A stretch of 64,000 bases of DNA, from assembly GCA_015064415.1 (NCBI GenBank), contig SVSG01000002.1:76246-140245 (forward strand), given 5' to 3'. Both the position numbers and the translations under genes were made by a program. Of this stretch, positions 9,984 to 21,031 are shown piece by piece; the first letter of the stretch is position 1; each line of letters starts with the position of its first letter. This stretch comes from Oscillospiraceae bacterium (GTDB lineage: Bacteria; Bacillota; Clostridia; Oscillospirales; CAG-272). The notes beneath the pieces were generated by a model that worked only from the letters and a program-made list of their open reading frames with translations, was not told where the DNA came from and did no database searches.

Positions 9984-10012
9984 TTGCATTTTATGTAAAT
10001 TTATGGTACAAT
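9984..10012 (+). promoter_or_regulatory. Candidate promoter of nadE
   Basis: TTGCAT 9984-9989, 17-nt spacer, TGgTACAAT ending 10012. Confidence 0.5.
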
Positions 10013-10047
10013 AAAGATGATTGGTGAAATCCTTATAAGGAGTGAGA

Positions 10048-11976
10048 ATGATGAAGGATATTTTGCGCGCAGCGGTGGCCGTTCCCGCACTTCAGGTGGC
10101 CCGCGTTGCATGGAATCAAGAGCAAATTCAGAAGCGAATTGAAGAAGCGGCCGAGAATGGCGTGACGCTGTTGGTGTTTCCCGAGCTGTCGCTGACGGGT
10201 GCCAGCTGTGGAGATCTGTTTCTTTCCGACGTGCTTGAAAAGGCCGCAGCTGAGGCGTTGTGCGAGCTTGCCGCAACGGTGCCGAGCGGCATGCTGGTGT
10301 TTGTCGGCGCGCCGATCTCTGTGAAAGGGCAGCTGTATGATTGCGCGGTAGCACTTGGCGAAGGGCGGATTTTGGGTGCCGTTCCCAAGAGCTATCTTTC
10401 CGATTTTGCGACGGGAGGCGATCAGCGTCGCTTTGCCGCCGGTATAAGTTTGGACGCCACGCTTGCCACGCTGGGGTGCTTCACCTTCCCAATCGGCACC
10501 GAGCTTTTGTTCCGTGCCTCTGACGGCACCGTGGTGGGTGCTGAGATCGGCGCGGATGCCGCCGCCCCCTTGTCGCAGGGGACGCTTGCCGCTATGGCTG
10601 GCGCCGAGGTGATCGTCAATCTTTCCGCTATCGGCGCGTGTGTGGGCGGAAAAGCGCACGTTGGCGCGCAGATGCAGGCCGTATCGGCGCAAACGCATTC
10701 CGCCTACTTGTATGCGGGCGCCGGTAAGGATGAGTCTACCGCTGATCTTGTGTATGCAGGCATGGGAGCGATCGCGCTGAACGGTGATATGGTGGCGCAG
10801 AATGAGAAGTGTGTGGACGGCGACTATTTGCTGGTGGCCGATCTTGATCTTGGCCGTGTACGCTATGATCGCCGTTACAAGCGCACGTTTGCCGCATGCG
10901 CGGCACGCTATATGCCCGAATACGAATACGTGGAGTTTGGATATCCTTTGTGCGATTCTGATGGCGCGCGGCTCAAGCTTTCCCGTCTGCCCTTTATTCC
11001 GGATCGTGCAAGTGAAAGACAGGCGCGCTCGGCTGAGATCTTCGAGATGCAGGCCACGGCGCTGGCACGTAGGTTGTCGATCGTGGGTGGCAAGCTGGTG
11101 ATCGGCATTTCGGGCGGATTGGACTCCACGCTGGCCGTTTTGGTGGCGATCCGCGCGATGGAAAAGCTGAATTTGCCCGCAACCAATATCACGGCCGTGA
11201 CGATGCCGTGCTTTGGTACCACGGACGAGACCTTAAATAACGCCTTGGAGCTGATGGAGACGCTGGGAGTGACCACGCGTACCGTTCCGATCAAGGACGC
11301 GGTATTGCAGCATTTCAAGGACATCGGGCACGATCCCGCAGATTTTTCTGTGACCTATGAGAATTCGCAGGCGCGTGAGCGCACACAGGTGCTGATGGAT
11401 ATTGCCAATCAGGTGGGCGGCATCGTGCTTGGCACGGGCGACCTTTCCGAGCTGGCGCTTGGCTGGTGCACCTATAACGGCGACCACATGAGCATGTATG
11501 GCGTGAATGCCGACGTGCCGAAAACGCTGGTGCGCTGGATCATCACCGCGCTGGTGGAAGCGGGTGAATTCCCCGCCTCCTCTGCGGTGCTGCAACGCAT
11601 TCTGGACACGCCGATCAGCCCCGAGCTGTTGCCCCCCGATGCGGTGGGCAAGATCGCGCAAAAGACAGAGGATATCGTGGGCCCCTACGCCCTGCACGAC
11701 TTTTTCCTGTTCTGGGCGGTCCGTTATCAGTATACGCCTGCCAAGATCTTTGCCTTGGCAAAGATCGCTTTTGAGGGCGTTTTTGACGGCGCTACCATCA
11801 AGAAGTGGCTGACGGTGTTCTGGAGACGCTTCTTCAATCAGCAATTCAAGCGCAACTGCCTGCCCGACGGGGTCAAGGTGGGCTCTGTCGGCCTTTCGCC
11901 GCGCGGCGATTGGCAGATGCCCTCGGATGCATCCGCGGCGCTTTGGCTGCAAGAAATTGAGAATATCGACGCGTAA
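10048..11976 (+). CDS. nadE: Glutamine-dependent NAD+ synthetase
   Basis: N-terminal CN-hydrolase region (LLVFPELSLTG) plus PP-loop ISGGLDSTL and a C-terminal synthetase region. ATG 10048 sits 6 nt after TAAGGAG (track start GTG 10042). Confidence 0.9.
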   Translation: MMKDILRAAVAVPALQVARVAWNQEQIQKRIEEAAENGVTLLVFPELSLTGASCGDLFLSDVLEKAAAEALCELAATVPSGMLVFVGAPISVKGQLYDCAVALGEGRILGAVPKSYLSDFATGGDQRRFAAGISLDATLATLGCFTFPIGTELLFRASDGTVVGAEIGADAAAPLSQGTLAAMAGAEVIVNLSAIGACVGGKAHVGAQMQAVSAQTHSAYLYAGAGKDESTADLVYAGMGAIALNGDMVAQNEKCVDGDYLLVADLDLGRVRYDRRYKRTFAACAARYMPEYEYVEFGYPLCDSDGARLKLSRLPFIPDRASERQARSAEIFEMQATALARRLSIVGGKLVIGISGGLDSTLAVLVAIRAMEKLNLPATNITAVTMPCFGTTDETLNNALELMETLGVTTRTVPIKDAVLQHFKDIGHDPADFSVTYENSQARERTQVLMDIANQVGGIVLGTGDLSELALGWCTYNGDHMSMYGVNADVPKTLVRWIITALVEAGEFPASSAVLQRILDTPISPELLPPDAVGKIAQKTEDIVGPYALHDFFLFWAVRYQYTPAKIFALAKIAFEGVFDGATIKKWLTVFWRRFFNQQFKRNCLPDGVKVGSVGLSPRGDWQMPSDASAALWLQEIENIDA

Positions 11977-11990
11977 AGAAAGGACAAAAA

Positions 11991-12659
11991 ATGGAACTGA
12001 AGGGATTGAAAGCGGTCTTTCTTGGTGACAGCATCACGGAGGGGTACCGCGCGAGTGTGTTTGAAAACGTCTATTGGAAGGTGCTTGGCAGAAAGACCGG
12101 CCTTGGAGTGAAGGGGTACGGTATCGCGGGCTCCAGAATTGCGCGTCAGGCGCCGAGTGATCCGCCCAATGCGAGCGACGAGGATTTCGTACTGCGCGCG
12201 ATGCGCATGGACGAGGACGCAGACATTGTTTGCGTATTCGGCGGCACCAATGACTTCGGCCACGGCACGGCACCCATCGGCACACCCGCAGATCGCGATC
12301 CGTATACCTTTTACGGTGCGCTGAACAACTTGTATCGCACCTTGATCGAGCGTTATCCTCATGCGTTCATCTTTGTGATGACGCCCTTGCATCGCTCGCA
12401 CGAGGAGGAGGCAAGCTTCAATACCAAAAATCCGAATTCCTTGCCCTTGATCGAATACGTGCGCATCATCCGCGAGGTGGCGGAAAAGTACAGCTTGCCC
12501 GTGCTGGATCTCTTCCGAACGTCGGGGATCTACCCCACGGTGCAGACGGTGCGTGATGCGTATTTGCCGGATGGGCTGCATCCCAATGATCTGGGGCATG
12601 CAAAATTAGCAGGAATTGTAGAACAGTTCCTGCGGAACGCTTATTACGAAAAAGTATAA
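11991..12659 (+). CDS. SGNH/GDSL-family hydrolase
   Basis: FLGDSITEG block I, GGTND block, DGLHPN block V. Confidence 0.8.
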   Translation: MELKGLKAVFLGDSITEGYRASVFENVYWKVLGRKTGLGVKGYGIAGSRIARQAPSDPPNASDEDFVLRAMRMDEDADIVCVFGGTNDFGHGTAPIGTPADRDPYTFYGALNNLYRTLIERYPHAFIFVMTPLHRSHEEEASFNTKNPNSLPLIEYVRIIREVAEKYSLPVLDLFRTSGIYPTVQTVRDAYLPDGLHPNDLGHAKLAGIVEQFLRNAYYEKV

Positions 12660-12662
12660 TAC

Positions 12663-12698
12663 AAAAACAGCCCTTGCCATGTGGCAAGGGCTGTTTTT
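12663..12698. terminator. Bidirectional rho-independent terminator (SGNH gene / agu operon)
   Basis: ACAGCCCTTGCCA / TGGCAAGGGCTGT stem flanked by an A-run and a T-run. Confidence 0.85.
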
Positions 12699-12776
12699 GT
12701 ACTATTATCAAAAGGTGAATGTTTAAAACAAGAAAATAGAAACGAATAATTGGAAAATGCGGAATATAAATTGGAA

Positions 12777-13766
12777 TTACACCTCGGTATAGGATCCGAC
12801 CATGCTGAGAGTGGGATCACCGAGAGGGGCGCCGATGGTTGTGCCGCTCTCGCCGGTGAGTGCCTTGGCCGCATGCTCCAGCGAGGTGATCACGGCGCGG
12901 CGGTGGGGTGCGCTTTTGGTAAAGGCAATGGCGGCCTGTACCTTGGGGAGCATACTGCCGGGAGCAAAGTGACCCTCGGCACAGTAGCGCTCTGCTTCCT
13001 CCACGGTCATGTGGGCAAGCTTCGTTTCCTTTGGCGTGCCGTAGTGCAGACAGACGCGGTCCACTGCCGTGAGGATGAAAAGCACGTCGGCGCCGATCTC
13101 CTCCGCCAGCTTTTCCGCCGCCAGATCCTTGTCAATGACCGCCTCCACACCTCTGTAATAACCGGGGGCTTCTCTTATCACGGGGATGCCGCCGCCACCG
13201 CACGCGATCACCACGAACTCGTTATCCAAAAGGTTGCGGATCGAGCGCAGCTCGACGATGTGCTGCGGCAGAGGGCTGGGGACCATGCGGCGGTAGCCGC
13301 GCCCCGCGTCTTCTTTGAAATGAAGTGCAGGGTCCGCGGCTTGCATTGCCTGTGCCTCGGCCTTGCTGTAAAAGGCGCCGATGGGCTTTGTGGGATGCGA
13401 GAAGGCGGGGTCCTTTGGGGAGACCTCCACGCGCGTGATGACGCTTGCCACCTGCCAGGGCATCCCACGGCGGCGCAGCTCGCGCGAGAGCCCCGCTTGC
13501 AGATGATAGCCGATATACCCCTGCGTCATGGCAGTGCATTCTGCAAGGGGCATGGGCGCGATGCGGTTGTTTTTGTCCGCCCCCTCGGAAAAGGCGAGAT
13601 GCGTCATGCCCACCTGCGGGCCGTTGCCGTGCGTGACGATGATCTCCCAGCCACAGCTGATCAGGTCGATCAGTGCCCCCGCGCCCTTCTCGATCTGCGC
13701 CTGCTGCTCTTCGGGTGTGTTGCCCAGCGCGTTGCCACCAAGCGCTACGACGATGCGGGGCTCCAT
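12777..13766 (-). CDS. arcC: Carbamate kinase
   Basis: [25 protein letters not shown] motifs. ATG 13766 overlaps the aguA stop by 1 nt. The track ORF's longer N-terminus is rejected. Confidence 0.9.
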   Translation of the reverse strand: MEPRIVVALGGNALGNTPEEQQAQIEKGAGALIDLISCGWEIIVTHGNGPQVGMTHLAFSEGADKNNRIAPMPLAECTAMTQGYIGYHLQAGLSRELRRRGMPWQVASVITRVEVSPKDPAFSHPTKPIGAFYSKAEAQAMQAADPALHFKEDAGRGYRRMVPSPLPQHIVELRSIRNLLDNEFVVIACGGGGIPVIREAPGYYRGVEAVIDKDLAAEKLAEEIGADVLFILTAVDRVCLHYGTPKETKLAHMTVEEAERYCAEGHFAPGSMLPKVQAAIAFTKSAPHRRAVITSLEHAAKALTGESGTTIGAPLGDPTLSMVGSYTEV

Positions 13767-14863
13767 CACGCGCCTCCCTTGGGAACCTGCTGTGTGATGC
13801 AATGGATATTGCCGCCGCCAAGCAGAATCTCACGGGCGTAAATGCCCACCACGCGGCGCCCCGGGAAGGCCTCCTCCAGCGTTTTGCGCGCCTCCTCGTC
13901 TGCGGGATCGCAGAACGTGGGGAAGATGACGCCGCCGTTCACCACGTAAAAATTCACGTAGGAGGCGGCAAGTCTGTCGCCCTCCTTGCGGGGGAGGGTG
14001 CCCGCGATGGCGTCCACACCCTCGCTTTCCTCCTTGGTGATCGTGATGGGGGAGGGAAGGCGCAATTTGCGCACCTTCAGCTTTCTGCCCTTGGCGTCGG
14101 TCGTGTTTTCCAAAATGGCAAGGTTTTCTGCGCTGATCTCGTATTGCGGGTCGCTCTTGTCCTCGCACCAGGCAAGCAGACATTCGCCGGGGGCGGAAAA
14201 GCTGAAAATGTTGTCCACGTGGCCGTTGGTTTCGTCCAGATAAATGCCGCGCTTTAGCCAAATGATCTTTTCCACACCGAGATAGTCGCGCAAATGCGCC
14301 TCGATCTCGGATCTTTTGAGGTCGGGGTTGCGCCCGTCGCTGAGCAGGCACTCCTCGGTCACCACCACGGTGCCCTCGCCGTCCGTGTGGATCGAGCCGC
14401 CCTCCAGCACAAACCCCTCGGTGCGGTAGCGGTCGGCGTTCTCCAGCTCGCAGATCTTTTCCGCCATCGCGTCGTCCTTGTCCCAAGGGAAATACAGCCC
14501 GTCCACAAGGCCGCCCCAGGCGTTGAAATCCCAGTCCACGCCGCGCACCGTGTCACCGTTTTTGACGAACGTAGGGCCGCAATCGCGTACCCAGGCGTCA
14601 TTGTTGGACATTTCCACCACGCGGACTTTCTCGGGAAGCATGGCGCGGGCGTTGGCGTACTGGTCGGCGTTCACGCATACCGTAATGGGTTCAAATTCGG
14701 CAATTGCTGTAGCGACTTTTGCGAAGACGCGCTGGGCGGGCTTGCCGCCAAGGCGCCAGTTGTCGGGGCGCTGCGGCCAGATCATATACGTGCCCCTGTG
14801 GGGCTCAAATTCGCCCGGCATGCGGAAGCCGTCCGCACGGGGCGTGGTTTGTAAAAGCTTCAT
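13766..14863 (-). CDS. aguA: Agmatine deiminase
   Basis: [18 protein letters not shown]-terminus and C-terminal [11 protein letters not shown] active-site Cys motif. Confidence 0.9.
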   Translation of the reverse strand: MKLLQTTPRADGFRMPGEFEPHRGTYMIWPQRPDNWRLGGKPAQRVFAKVATAIAEFEPITVCVNADQYANARAMLPEKVRVVEMSNNDAWVRDCGPTFVKNGDTVRGVDWDFNAWGGLVDGLYFPWDKDDAMAEKICELENADRYRTEGFVLEGGSIHTDGEGTVVVTEECLLSDGRNPDLKRSEIEAHLRDYLGVEKIIWLKRGIYLDETNGHVDNIFSFSAPGECLLAWCEDKSDPQYEISAENLAILENTTDAKGRKLKVRKLRLPSPITITKEESEGVDAIAGTLPRKEGDRLAASYVNFYVVNGGVIFPTFCDPADEEARKTLEEAFPGRRVVGIYAREILLGGGNIHCITQQVPKGGA

Positions 14864-14874
14864 ACGTTACCTCC

Positions 14875-16254
14875 TTAATGGCTTTGTGCCAGACGGCGCT
14901 TGCGCCTTCTTTTGCCCACGTCGGCGGCGATCCACTCGCCCACCAGCACCGCAAGAAGGGTGCCAAGCAACAGCGGCATTTTCTCGGGTAGCTCGGCGCG
15001 ACCAAAGGGGACGATGGCAAAGACCACTGCAAGGATCAAAAGGGCCATCGGCACATAGGTCATCAGCCAAAGCCGCACACGACCGCCACCCACACGGAAG
15101 GGGCGCGGCGTGGTGGGATCGACCTCGCGAAGCTTCAAAAAGGCGGGGAAAAGCAAAATATAAGACAAAAGCAGCATGATCATATTCAGGGCAAAAAAAC
15201 TCCAGAACACGTCCGCGGCGGGGATAAGGGGCGCCACCAGCACCACAAGCGAAGCGATCACGCCGTTGGTGAGGTTGGCACCCACGGGCATGCCGCGCGA
15301 GTCCTCGACGGCAAGGGCAGAGGGCAGTAAGCCCTCTTTGGCCGCGTAGCAGGCCACGTTATTGACTCCAAGCGACCAGGAGAGCAGATTTGCCGCCAGC
15401 GTGTAAAGGAAAATGATGCCGATGGGGATCAGAAGCGCGCCTGCATTTTCCCCAAGCAACAGGCGGAAGCTGTCCAGAATACCGCCCGAGGCGGAAAGCT
15501 CCTCGGTGGGGACCGCCACGCCGATGCCGAAGGCCGCGAGTAGATAGAAAAAGGCGATGATGATGCCGCCGAGCACAATGGCGCGCGGGATCTCGCGCTT
15601 GGGATTTTTCATTTCCGAGGCGAAGGTAGTCACCACCTCAAACCCGAGAAAATTGAACAGAATGACCGATACGAAGGAAAGGCCGCCGGAGCTAAAGGAG
15701 GGCAGAAAAGAGGCAAACGTATATGAGTTTGCCGAACCGCGCGTGAGCGCCACGTAAATTCCGAGCCCGCCGATGGAAAGCATTAGGGCGGCCTTCAGAA
15801 TAGCGGCGATATTGAGGATCCACTTGCTTTCACTGACCTTATAATTGCTGATCAGCACCACAAGCCAGATGAAGGAAAGCTGCAACGCAAGCGTGAGCAG
15901 CGTGGGAAATTCCCGCCCCACAAGGGTGCTTATGATGTCGGTGAAAAGGACGGCAAGCGAGCCCATCCAAAGCGAGAAATTGATATAATAGTAAAAGGAG
16001 ACGCGGCTGCCCCAGCGTCGCCCGAAGGCGCGCGTGACCCAGTCACAGATGCCGCCCTCTCCCTCGTAGGTGGTGCCAAGCTCTGCGGAGATAAGGCCGT
16101 AGGGCAGGAAAAAAGCGATCAGCAGCACGAACCACCAGAAGAATTGCGCGTTGCCGATGGCGGCGGCGGGGGCGGAGGATTCCACCACCAGCACCACGCA
16201 CACGGCCGCCAGCACCGCGTCAAATAAACGGAATTTTTTTACTTTTTCACTCAT
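14875..16254 (-). CDS. aguD: APC-family amino acid/polyamine permease, contextually the agmatine:putrescine antiporter
   Basis: ~12-TM hydrophobic protein starting MSEKVKKFRLFDAV (ATG 16254, GGAG upstream). The position between PTCase and agmatine deiminase matches aguBDAC operons. Confidence 0.75.
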   Translation of the reverse strand: MSEKVKKFRLFDAVLAAVCVVLVVESSAPAAAIGNAQFFWWFVLLIAFFLPYGLISAELGTTYEGEGGICDWVTRAFGRRWGSRVSFYYYINFSLWMGSLAVLFTDIISTLVGREFPTLLTLALQLSFIWLVVLISNYKVSESKWILNIAAILKAALMLSIGGLGIYVALTRGSANSYTFASFLPSFSSGGLSFVSVILFNFLGFEVVTTFASEMKNPKREIPRAIVLGGIIIAFFYLLAAFGIGVAVPTEELSASGGILDSFRLLLGENAGALLIPIGIIFLYTLAANLLSWSLGVNNVACYAAKEGLLPSALAVEDSRGMPVGANLTNGVIASLVVLVAPLIPAADVFWSFFALNMIMLLLSYILLFPAFLKLREVDPTTPRPFRVGGGRVRLWLMTYVPMALLILAVVFAIVPFGRAELPEKMPLLLGTLLAVLVGEWIAADVGKRRRKRRLAQSH

Positions 16255-16265
16255 AGGCCGCTCCT

Positions 16266-17270
16266 TCAAAGGATCCGGAACAGCATTTCGGCAAGCGCTG
16301 CTTCGGCGGCCTTTTGCTTGTACTCGGCGCAGATCTTGTCGCGCAGAAGATAGACGAGAATGCCGCGCATCGCGGTGAGGCGGTTTTCCGCCTGATCGAA
16401 TGCGACAGAGTAGGGCGCATCCAGCACCTCGTCCACCACCTCCTCGCCGCGCGTGGCGGGCAGGCAGTGCAGGAACTTGGCGTGCGGCGCGGCGGCGCGC
16501 ATCATCTTGTCGGTCACCTGATATTTGGGCATGAAGATCTTGAGACGCTCCTCGCGCGAAAGCTCCTTGTTGTAAAGCCCGTACCACACGTCGGTGTAGA
16601 CGAAATCGGCATCACGGAAGGCGTCCTCCATCACGTCGGTGACGCCGAAACGCCCACCCGATGCCTTGCAATTCGCACGGCCGATCGCCTGCATCTGCTC
16701 GGAGAGCTGATGGCCTTCTGGGCCGAATTGCACGAACTCCATACCAAGCTTTGTGGTAATCATCATCGTGGAGGCGCACACCTGCGTGGCGTCGCCGACA
16801 AAGACAATCTTGCATTCCTCCAAGCACTTGCCCGAGGGCAGATGCTCGACCATCGTGATGGCGTCGCCCAGCTCTTGCGTGGGGTGGTTATAGTCCGACA
16901 TGCCATTGATGACGGGGATACTTGCGACCTCGGCAAGCCCTTTGACGGTGTCGTGTGCATCCACGCGCGCCATCACGATATCCACAAGACGGGAAAGCAC
17001 GCGCCCCGTGTCCGCCATGCTCTCATGCCCACCAAGCTGGATCTGCCCGGGGGCGAGATACTGCGCGTGGCCGCCCAGCTGCTCCATCGCCGTTTCGAAG
17101 GAAACGCGGGTACGGGTGGAGCTTTGCTCGAAGATCATGCCCAGTGTTTTGTTCTTGAGCAGCGGGGGATAGTAGCCCATTCTGATGCAATGCTTCAGCG
17201 TGAGGGAAAGGTCGATGATGTCAAGGAGGTCCTCTTTTTTGTAGCATTCGGTTGTGATCAGGTCTTTCAT
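16266..17270 (-). CDS. aguB: Putrescine carbamoyltransferase
   Basis: STRTR carbamoyl-phosphate motif and HCLP. DVWYGLY stands where ornithine transcarbamylases carry DVWxSMG. Lies in an agu operon context. Confidence 0.8.
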   Translation of the reverse strand: MKDLITTECYKKEDLLDIIDLSLTLKHCIRMGYYPPLLKNKTLGMIFEQSSTRTRVSFETAMEQLGGHAQYLAPGQIQLGGHESMADTGRVLSRLVDIVMARVDAHDTVKGLAEVASIPVINGMSDYNHPTQELGDAITMVEHLPSGKCLEECKIVFVGDATQVCASTMMITTKLGMEFVQFGPEGHQLSEQMQAIGRANCKASGGRFGVTDVMEDAFRDADFVYTDVWYGLYNKELSREERLKIFMPKYQVTDKMMRAAAPHAKFLHCLPATRGEEVVDEVLDAPYSVAFDQAENRLTAMRGILVYLLRDKICAEYKQKAAEAALAEMLFRIL

Positions 17271-17281
17271 GTTCTTCTCCT

Positions 17282-18346
17282 TTATTTTCTTACCAGATAT
17301 TTGCGCATATCAATGGCGCAGGCAATGAGGATGATCAGTCCCTTGATGATATATTGCATGTTGGCGTCCACGCCAAGGAAGTTGAGGCCGACGAAGATCA
17401 GGCGCAGTAAAAGCACGCCCAGCACCACGCCGCCGATCTTGCCCGTGCCCCCGACGAAGGAGACACCGCCGATCACGCATGCGGCGATGGCGTCCAGCTC
17501 GTAGTTAAGCCCCGTTGCCGCCGAGTTGGAGCCGATGCGTGCGGCCTCAATAAAGCCGGTCACGCCGTAAAGCGCGCCCGCCAGCACGAAGACCGCCACC
17601 GTGATCCATTTGACGTTGACGCCGGAAACGGTGGCCGCCTCCGCATTCGAGCCGATGGCAAACATATTCTTGCCAAAGGCGGTCTTATTCCACACCACCC
17701 ACAGGATCGCCGTCAGTGCGATCACATACCACACGTAATTGGGGATGGGCGTGCCGCCAAGCGAGAACACGCTTCCCTTGATAAAGCTGATATAGCCGTT
17801 GTCCAAGCCGGAAATGGATTGTCCGTTGTTGTTGCCGATCATCAGGAAAAGCAAAAGGCCGCCGTAGACGATCAGCTGGGTGGAAAGCGTGACGATGAAG
17901 GGGTGCAGATGGAAGGTAGCGGTACAGTATCCGTTCACAAAACCGACGAGCGCACCGAGGGCGATGACGATCAGAAATACCGCAAAAACGGGTAACGTAT
18001 CCAGGTTTGGGAACATTTTGGCTGCATATCCCGAGGATTGCAGCAGTGCCGCCGCCACGCAGGCGACAAGCCCCACCACGCGCCCCCCCGACAGGTCCGT
18101 GCCCGCAAGGATGATGGCCCCCGCCACCCCCAGTGCCATCGGCAGATTGGCAGCAGAGAGGGAGATGATGTTGATGATGGAGGGGAGGGAGAGAAAGCGG
18201 GGGTTGAGGCATTGGATGAAAACGATGGCGGCAAGCAAAAAGATATAAAGGGAATTGTTGATGAGCAGCTCGGCGAAGTACGTGCGACGCGCGCCCTTTT
18301 CCATTCCCTTGATTTTTTCAATGGCTTTGATCTTCATAAGCGTCAC
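17282..18346 (-). CDS. mglC: Galactose/methyl-galactoside ABC transporter permease
   Basis: Alignable by eye along its length with E. coli MglC (e.g. [24 protein letters not shown]). Confidence 0.8.
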   Translation of the reverse strand: MTLMKIKAIEKIKGMEKGARRTYFAELLINNSLYIFLLAAIVFIQCLNPRFLSLPSIINIISLSAANLPMALGVAGAIILAGTDLSGGRVVGLVACVAAALLQSSGYAAKMFPNLDTLPVFAVFLIVIALGALVGFVNGYCTATFHLHPFIVTLSTQLIVYGGLLLFLMIGNNNGQSISGLDNGYISFIKGSVFSLGGTPIPNYVWYVIALTAILWVVWNKTAFGKNMFAIGSNAEAATVSGVNVKWITVAVFVLAGALYGVTGFIEAARIGSNSAATGLNYELDAIAACVIGGVSFVGGTGKIGGVVLGVLLLRLIFVGLNFLGVDANMQYIIKGLIILIACAIDMRKYLVRK

Positions 18347-18351
18347 TCCAA

Positions 18352-19872
18352 TCAGACGTTCTTGGTGGCAAGGTGCATGATCTCTTCCTGCGTGGTCGTG
18401 GCGGGGTCCACCTCACCCGTGATCTCGCCGCCGGACATCACGTAAATGCGGTGGCAAACGCCCAACAGCTCGGGCAGCTCGCTGGAGACCATCAGGATCG
18501 CCTTGCCGCTCTCCGCCAATTTTTGCATCAGCTGATAGATCTCGTATTTCGCGCCCACGTCAATGCCGCGCGTCGGCTCGTCCAGAAGCAGGATCTCGGG
18601 GCCCGTGAGCAGCCAGCGCCCAAGGATCACCTTTTGCTGGTTGCCGCCCGAGAGGGTGCGGATCTGCGTGCGGCGGGAGGCGGTCTTGACGGAAAGCTTT
18701 CCGATCATATCGTCCGTGGCCCGCCGTCTTTTACGCTCGGATAAGAAAAATCCCCCCGAACGGTAGTTGGAAAGCGAGCTGACGGTGGTGTTGTCCGTGA
18801 TGTCAAGGATCCCGAAAATGCCCGTGGCGCGCCGCTCCTCGGTGAGAAGGGCGAAGCCGTTTTTGATGGCGTTTTGCGGGGAGTGGTTGCGGATCTCCTT
18901 GCCGTGCAGGTAAAGCTTCCCCCCGCTTCTTGCGGCAAGACCGAAAAGGTTTTCCAACAGCTCCGAGCGCCCCGCGCCGGCAAGCCCCGCCAGCCCCACG
19001 ATCTCGCCCTCGCGCAGGGAAAGCGAGGCGGCACTCAGATGCGAGTAACGGGAGGAAATATCACGAATTTCCAGCACCGTATCCCCGATTTTCGTGTTTT
19101 TCGGGGGATAACGGTCGCCAAGCTCGCGCCCAACCATGAGGGAAATGATGCGCTCTAAGCTCATTTGCGCGGCGGGGGCTGTTTCCACGTTTTTGCCGTC
19201 GCGCATGACGGTGATCTCGTCGCAGATCTTGAGGATCTCCTCCATTTTGTGCGAAATATAAATGATCCCGCATCCGCGCTCGCGCAACGTGTTCACGATG
19301 CGAAAGAGGTGCGCCACCTCCTCGTCGGCAAGCGAAGAGGTGGGCTCGTCCAGCACGATCACCTTTGCGTGATAGGAGACCGCCTTGGCGATCTCCACCA
19401 TTTGCCGCTGTGCCACGGAAAGCTGAGACATCTTGCGCCGCGGGTCTATCACAAGGCCGAGCTCGGCAAAGATCTCCCGCGTTTTTCTTTCCATCTCGCG
19501 CTCTGAGGTGATGCCGAAGCGCGTGGGGTAACGCCCGAGCCAGATGTTGTCCATCACATTGCGCGCAAGGGCCTGATTGAGCTCCTGGTGGACCATCGCA
19601 ACGCCCTTTTCCAGCGCCTCGCGCGGGGAGCGGAAAAAGACCTCCTCCCCTTCGAGAAAAATCTTTCCCGCATCCCGCTGATACATGCCGAAAAGGCACT
19701 TCATCAGCGTGGATTTTCCCGCCCCGTTTTCCCCCATAAGGGCGTGAACGGTATGAGATTTCACCACAAGGGTGACGCGATCCAGCGCGCGGACACCGGG
19801 AAAGCTTTTCTCAATATCGCGCATTTCCAGAAGGGGCGTTTGCTCTTTAACCGAGATATTTTCCATAGGCAA
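18352..19872 (-). CDS. mglA: Galactose/methyl-galactoside ABC transporter ATP-binding protein (two ATPase domains)
   Basis: LLEMRDIEKSFPGVRALD..HALMGENGAGKSTLMKCLFG..LSGGNQQKVILGRWL closely parallels E. coli MglA. Confidence 0.85.
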   Translation of the reverse strand: MPMENISVKEQTPLLEMRDIEKSFPGVRALDRVTLVVKSHTVHALMGENGAGKSTLMKCLFGMYQRDAGKIFLEGEEVFFRSPREALEKGVAMVHQELNQALARNVMDNIWLGRYPTRFGITSEREMERKTREIFAELGLVIDPRRKMSQLSVAQRQMVEIAKAVSYHAKVIVLDEPTSSLADEEVAHLFRIVNTLRERGCGIIYISHKMEEILKICDEITVMRDGKNVETAPAAQMSLERIISLMVGRELGDRYPPKNTKIGDTVLEIRDISSRYSHLSAASLSLREGEIVGLAGLAGAGRSELLENLFGLAARSGGKLYLHGKEIRNHSPQNAIKNGFALLTEERRATGIFGILDITDNTTVSSLSNYRSGGFFLSERKRRRATDDMIGKLSVKTASRRTQIRTLSGGNQQKVILGRWLLTGPEILLLDEPTRGIDVGAKYEIYQLMQKLAESGKAILMVSSELPELLGVCHRIYVMSGGEITGEVDPATTTQEEIMHLATKNV

Positions 19873-20908
19873 TGCGGATCTTATTCACGTCCTCGTCCAC
19901 CGACAGCTCCTCGGTGCCGTCCATCAGTCCCGCGTCCGCTTTCAGGGTGTTTTGTGAGAGCAGCAACAGCGCCGACGCCATACCGTCGGCGTCCTGCATG
20001 ACGGTGCCCGCCATTTTGCCGTCCTTGACAAGCGCCTTGGCCGCCTCGGTGGCGTCCACCCCGAATACGGGGATCGCGTTGCCGTCCCCCTTGTTGTAGC
20101 CCGCGGCGTTGAGTGCGGAGATCGCCCCCTCCGCCATGCTGTCATTGTTGCAGATGACAAGCTCGATCATATTGCCGTTTGCCGCGTTGTGGGAGGCCAG
20201 CGCCGTGGTCATATAATCGTTTGCCGCAGCGGCCGACCATTGGCCGTTCTGGTCTACCAGATACCCGTTGGTGTTGCTTTTGTCATAGAAGCTCAGCGCG
20301 GCCTTACCCGCCGCCGTGAGCTTGGCGTTGGCACCCTCCACGCTGTATTTGGTGCGGTAGATGGCCTCGTTGTTGCCCTCCTCTCCCTTGAAGAGGATAT
20401 AAGAGATCTTGCCGTCCTTGTTCAGGTCGACGCGGTCAAAATGCTCGACCAGATATTCCCCGATCATCTCCCCCTGCAAAATGCCCGCTTCCACGGCGCG
20501 CGTGCCCACAAAGGCGCATTTCTCATAGGATTTGATGACGCTGTCGCTGACCTCGCGGTTGAAAAAGATCAGCGAGATCCCCGCGTCGCGTGCCAGCCCC
20601 ACGATCTCGGTGGCCGCATCGTCCGAGCCCGTGTTGACGATGTTCACAAGGATGGTCTTGGCCCCTTTGGTGATGGCGGTGCGGATCTGCTCGGTCTGGG
20701 TGGTCTGATTGCCTGCGGCGTCATAGTCCTGATAGGAGATGCCCGCGTCCTTGAGCTTGCTGTCCAGCGCGGTGCGTACGGTGGAGATATAGGTGTCACT
20801 GTAGGTGTAATAAAACACGTGTACGTCGCTTTCTTTTTTGCCACATCCCACAAAAAGCGTGGAAAGAAGGAAAAGCGAAAGACACACGGCAACGATTCTT
20901 TTTTTCAT
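19847..20908 (-). CDS. mglB: Galactose-binding lipoprotein (ABC substrate-binding protein)
   Basis: Start MKKRIVAVCLSLFLLSTLFVGC (lipobox VGC) at ATG 20908. Periplasmic-binding-protein type I sequence. The 3' end overlaps the mglA start. Confidence 0.8.
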   Translation of the reverse strand: MKKRIVAVCLSLFLLSTLFVGCGKKESDVHVFYYTYSDTYISTVRTALDSKLKDAGISYQDYDAAGNQTTQTEQIRTAITKGAKTILVNIVNTGSDDAATEIVGLARDAGISLIFFNREVSDSVIKSYEKCAFVGTRAVEAGILQGEMIGEYLVEHFDRVDLNKDGKISYILFKGEEGNNEAIYRTKYSVEGANAKLTAAGKAALSFYDKSNTNGYLVDQNGQWSAAAANDYMTTALASHNAANGNMIELVICNNDSMAEGAISALNAAGYNKGDGNAIPVFGVDATEAAKALVKDGKMAGTVMQDADGMASALLLLSQNTLKADAGLMDGTEELSVDEDVNKIRIAYGKYLG

Positions 20909-21031
20909 CTTTGATCCTGCCTTTCTTGCGCCGAGCGGGCGCTTTGCCATTATTATGTGTCGTTCGGGATTTGAATTGCCGTGGCGGCAGCAAAAAGGCG
21001 CAGGGAATTTTTGGAAGGCGTTTTTTGGCTC

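Noticed and set aside
16266-17270. Annotation as ornithine carbamoyltransferase (argF/arcB)
   Set aside because: The ornithine-binding DxxxSMG region reads DVWYGLY, which I recall as the putrescine carbamoyltransferase signature. The gene also sits in an aguB-aguD-aguA-aguC arrangement rather than an arc or arg context.
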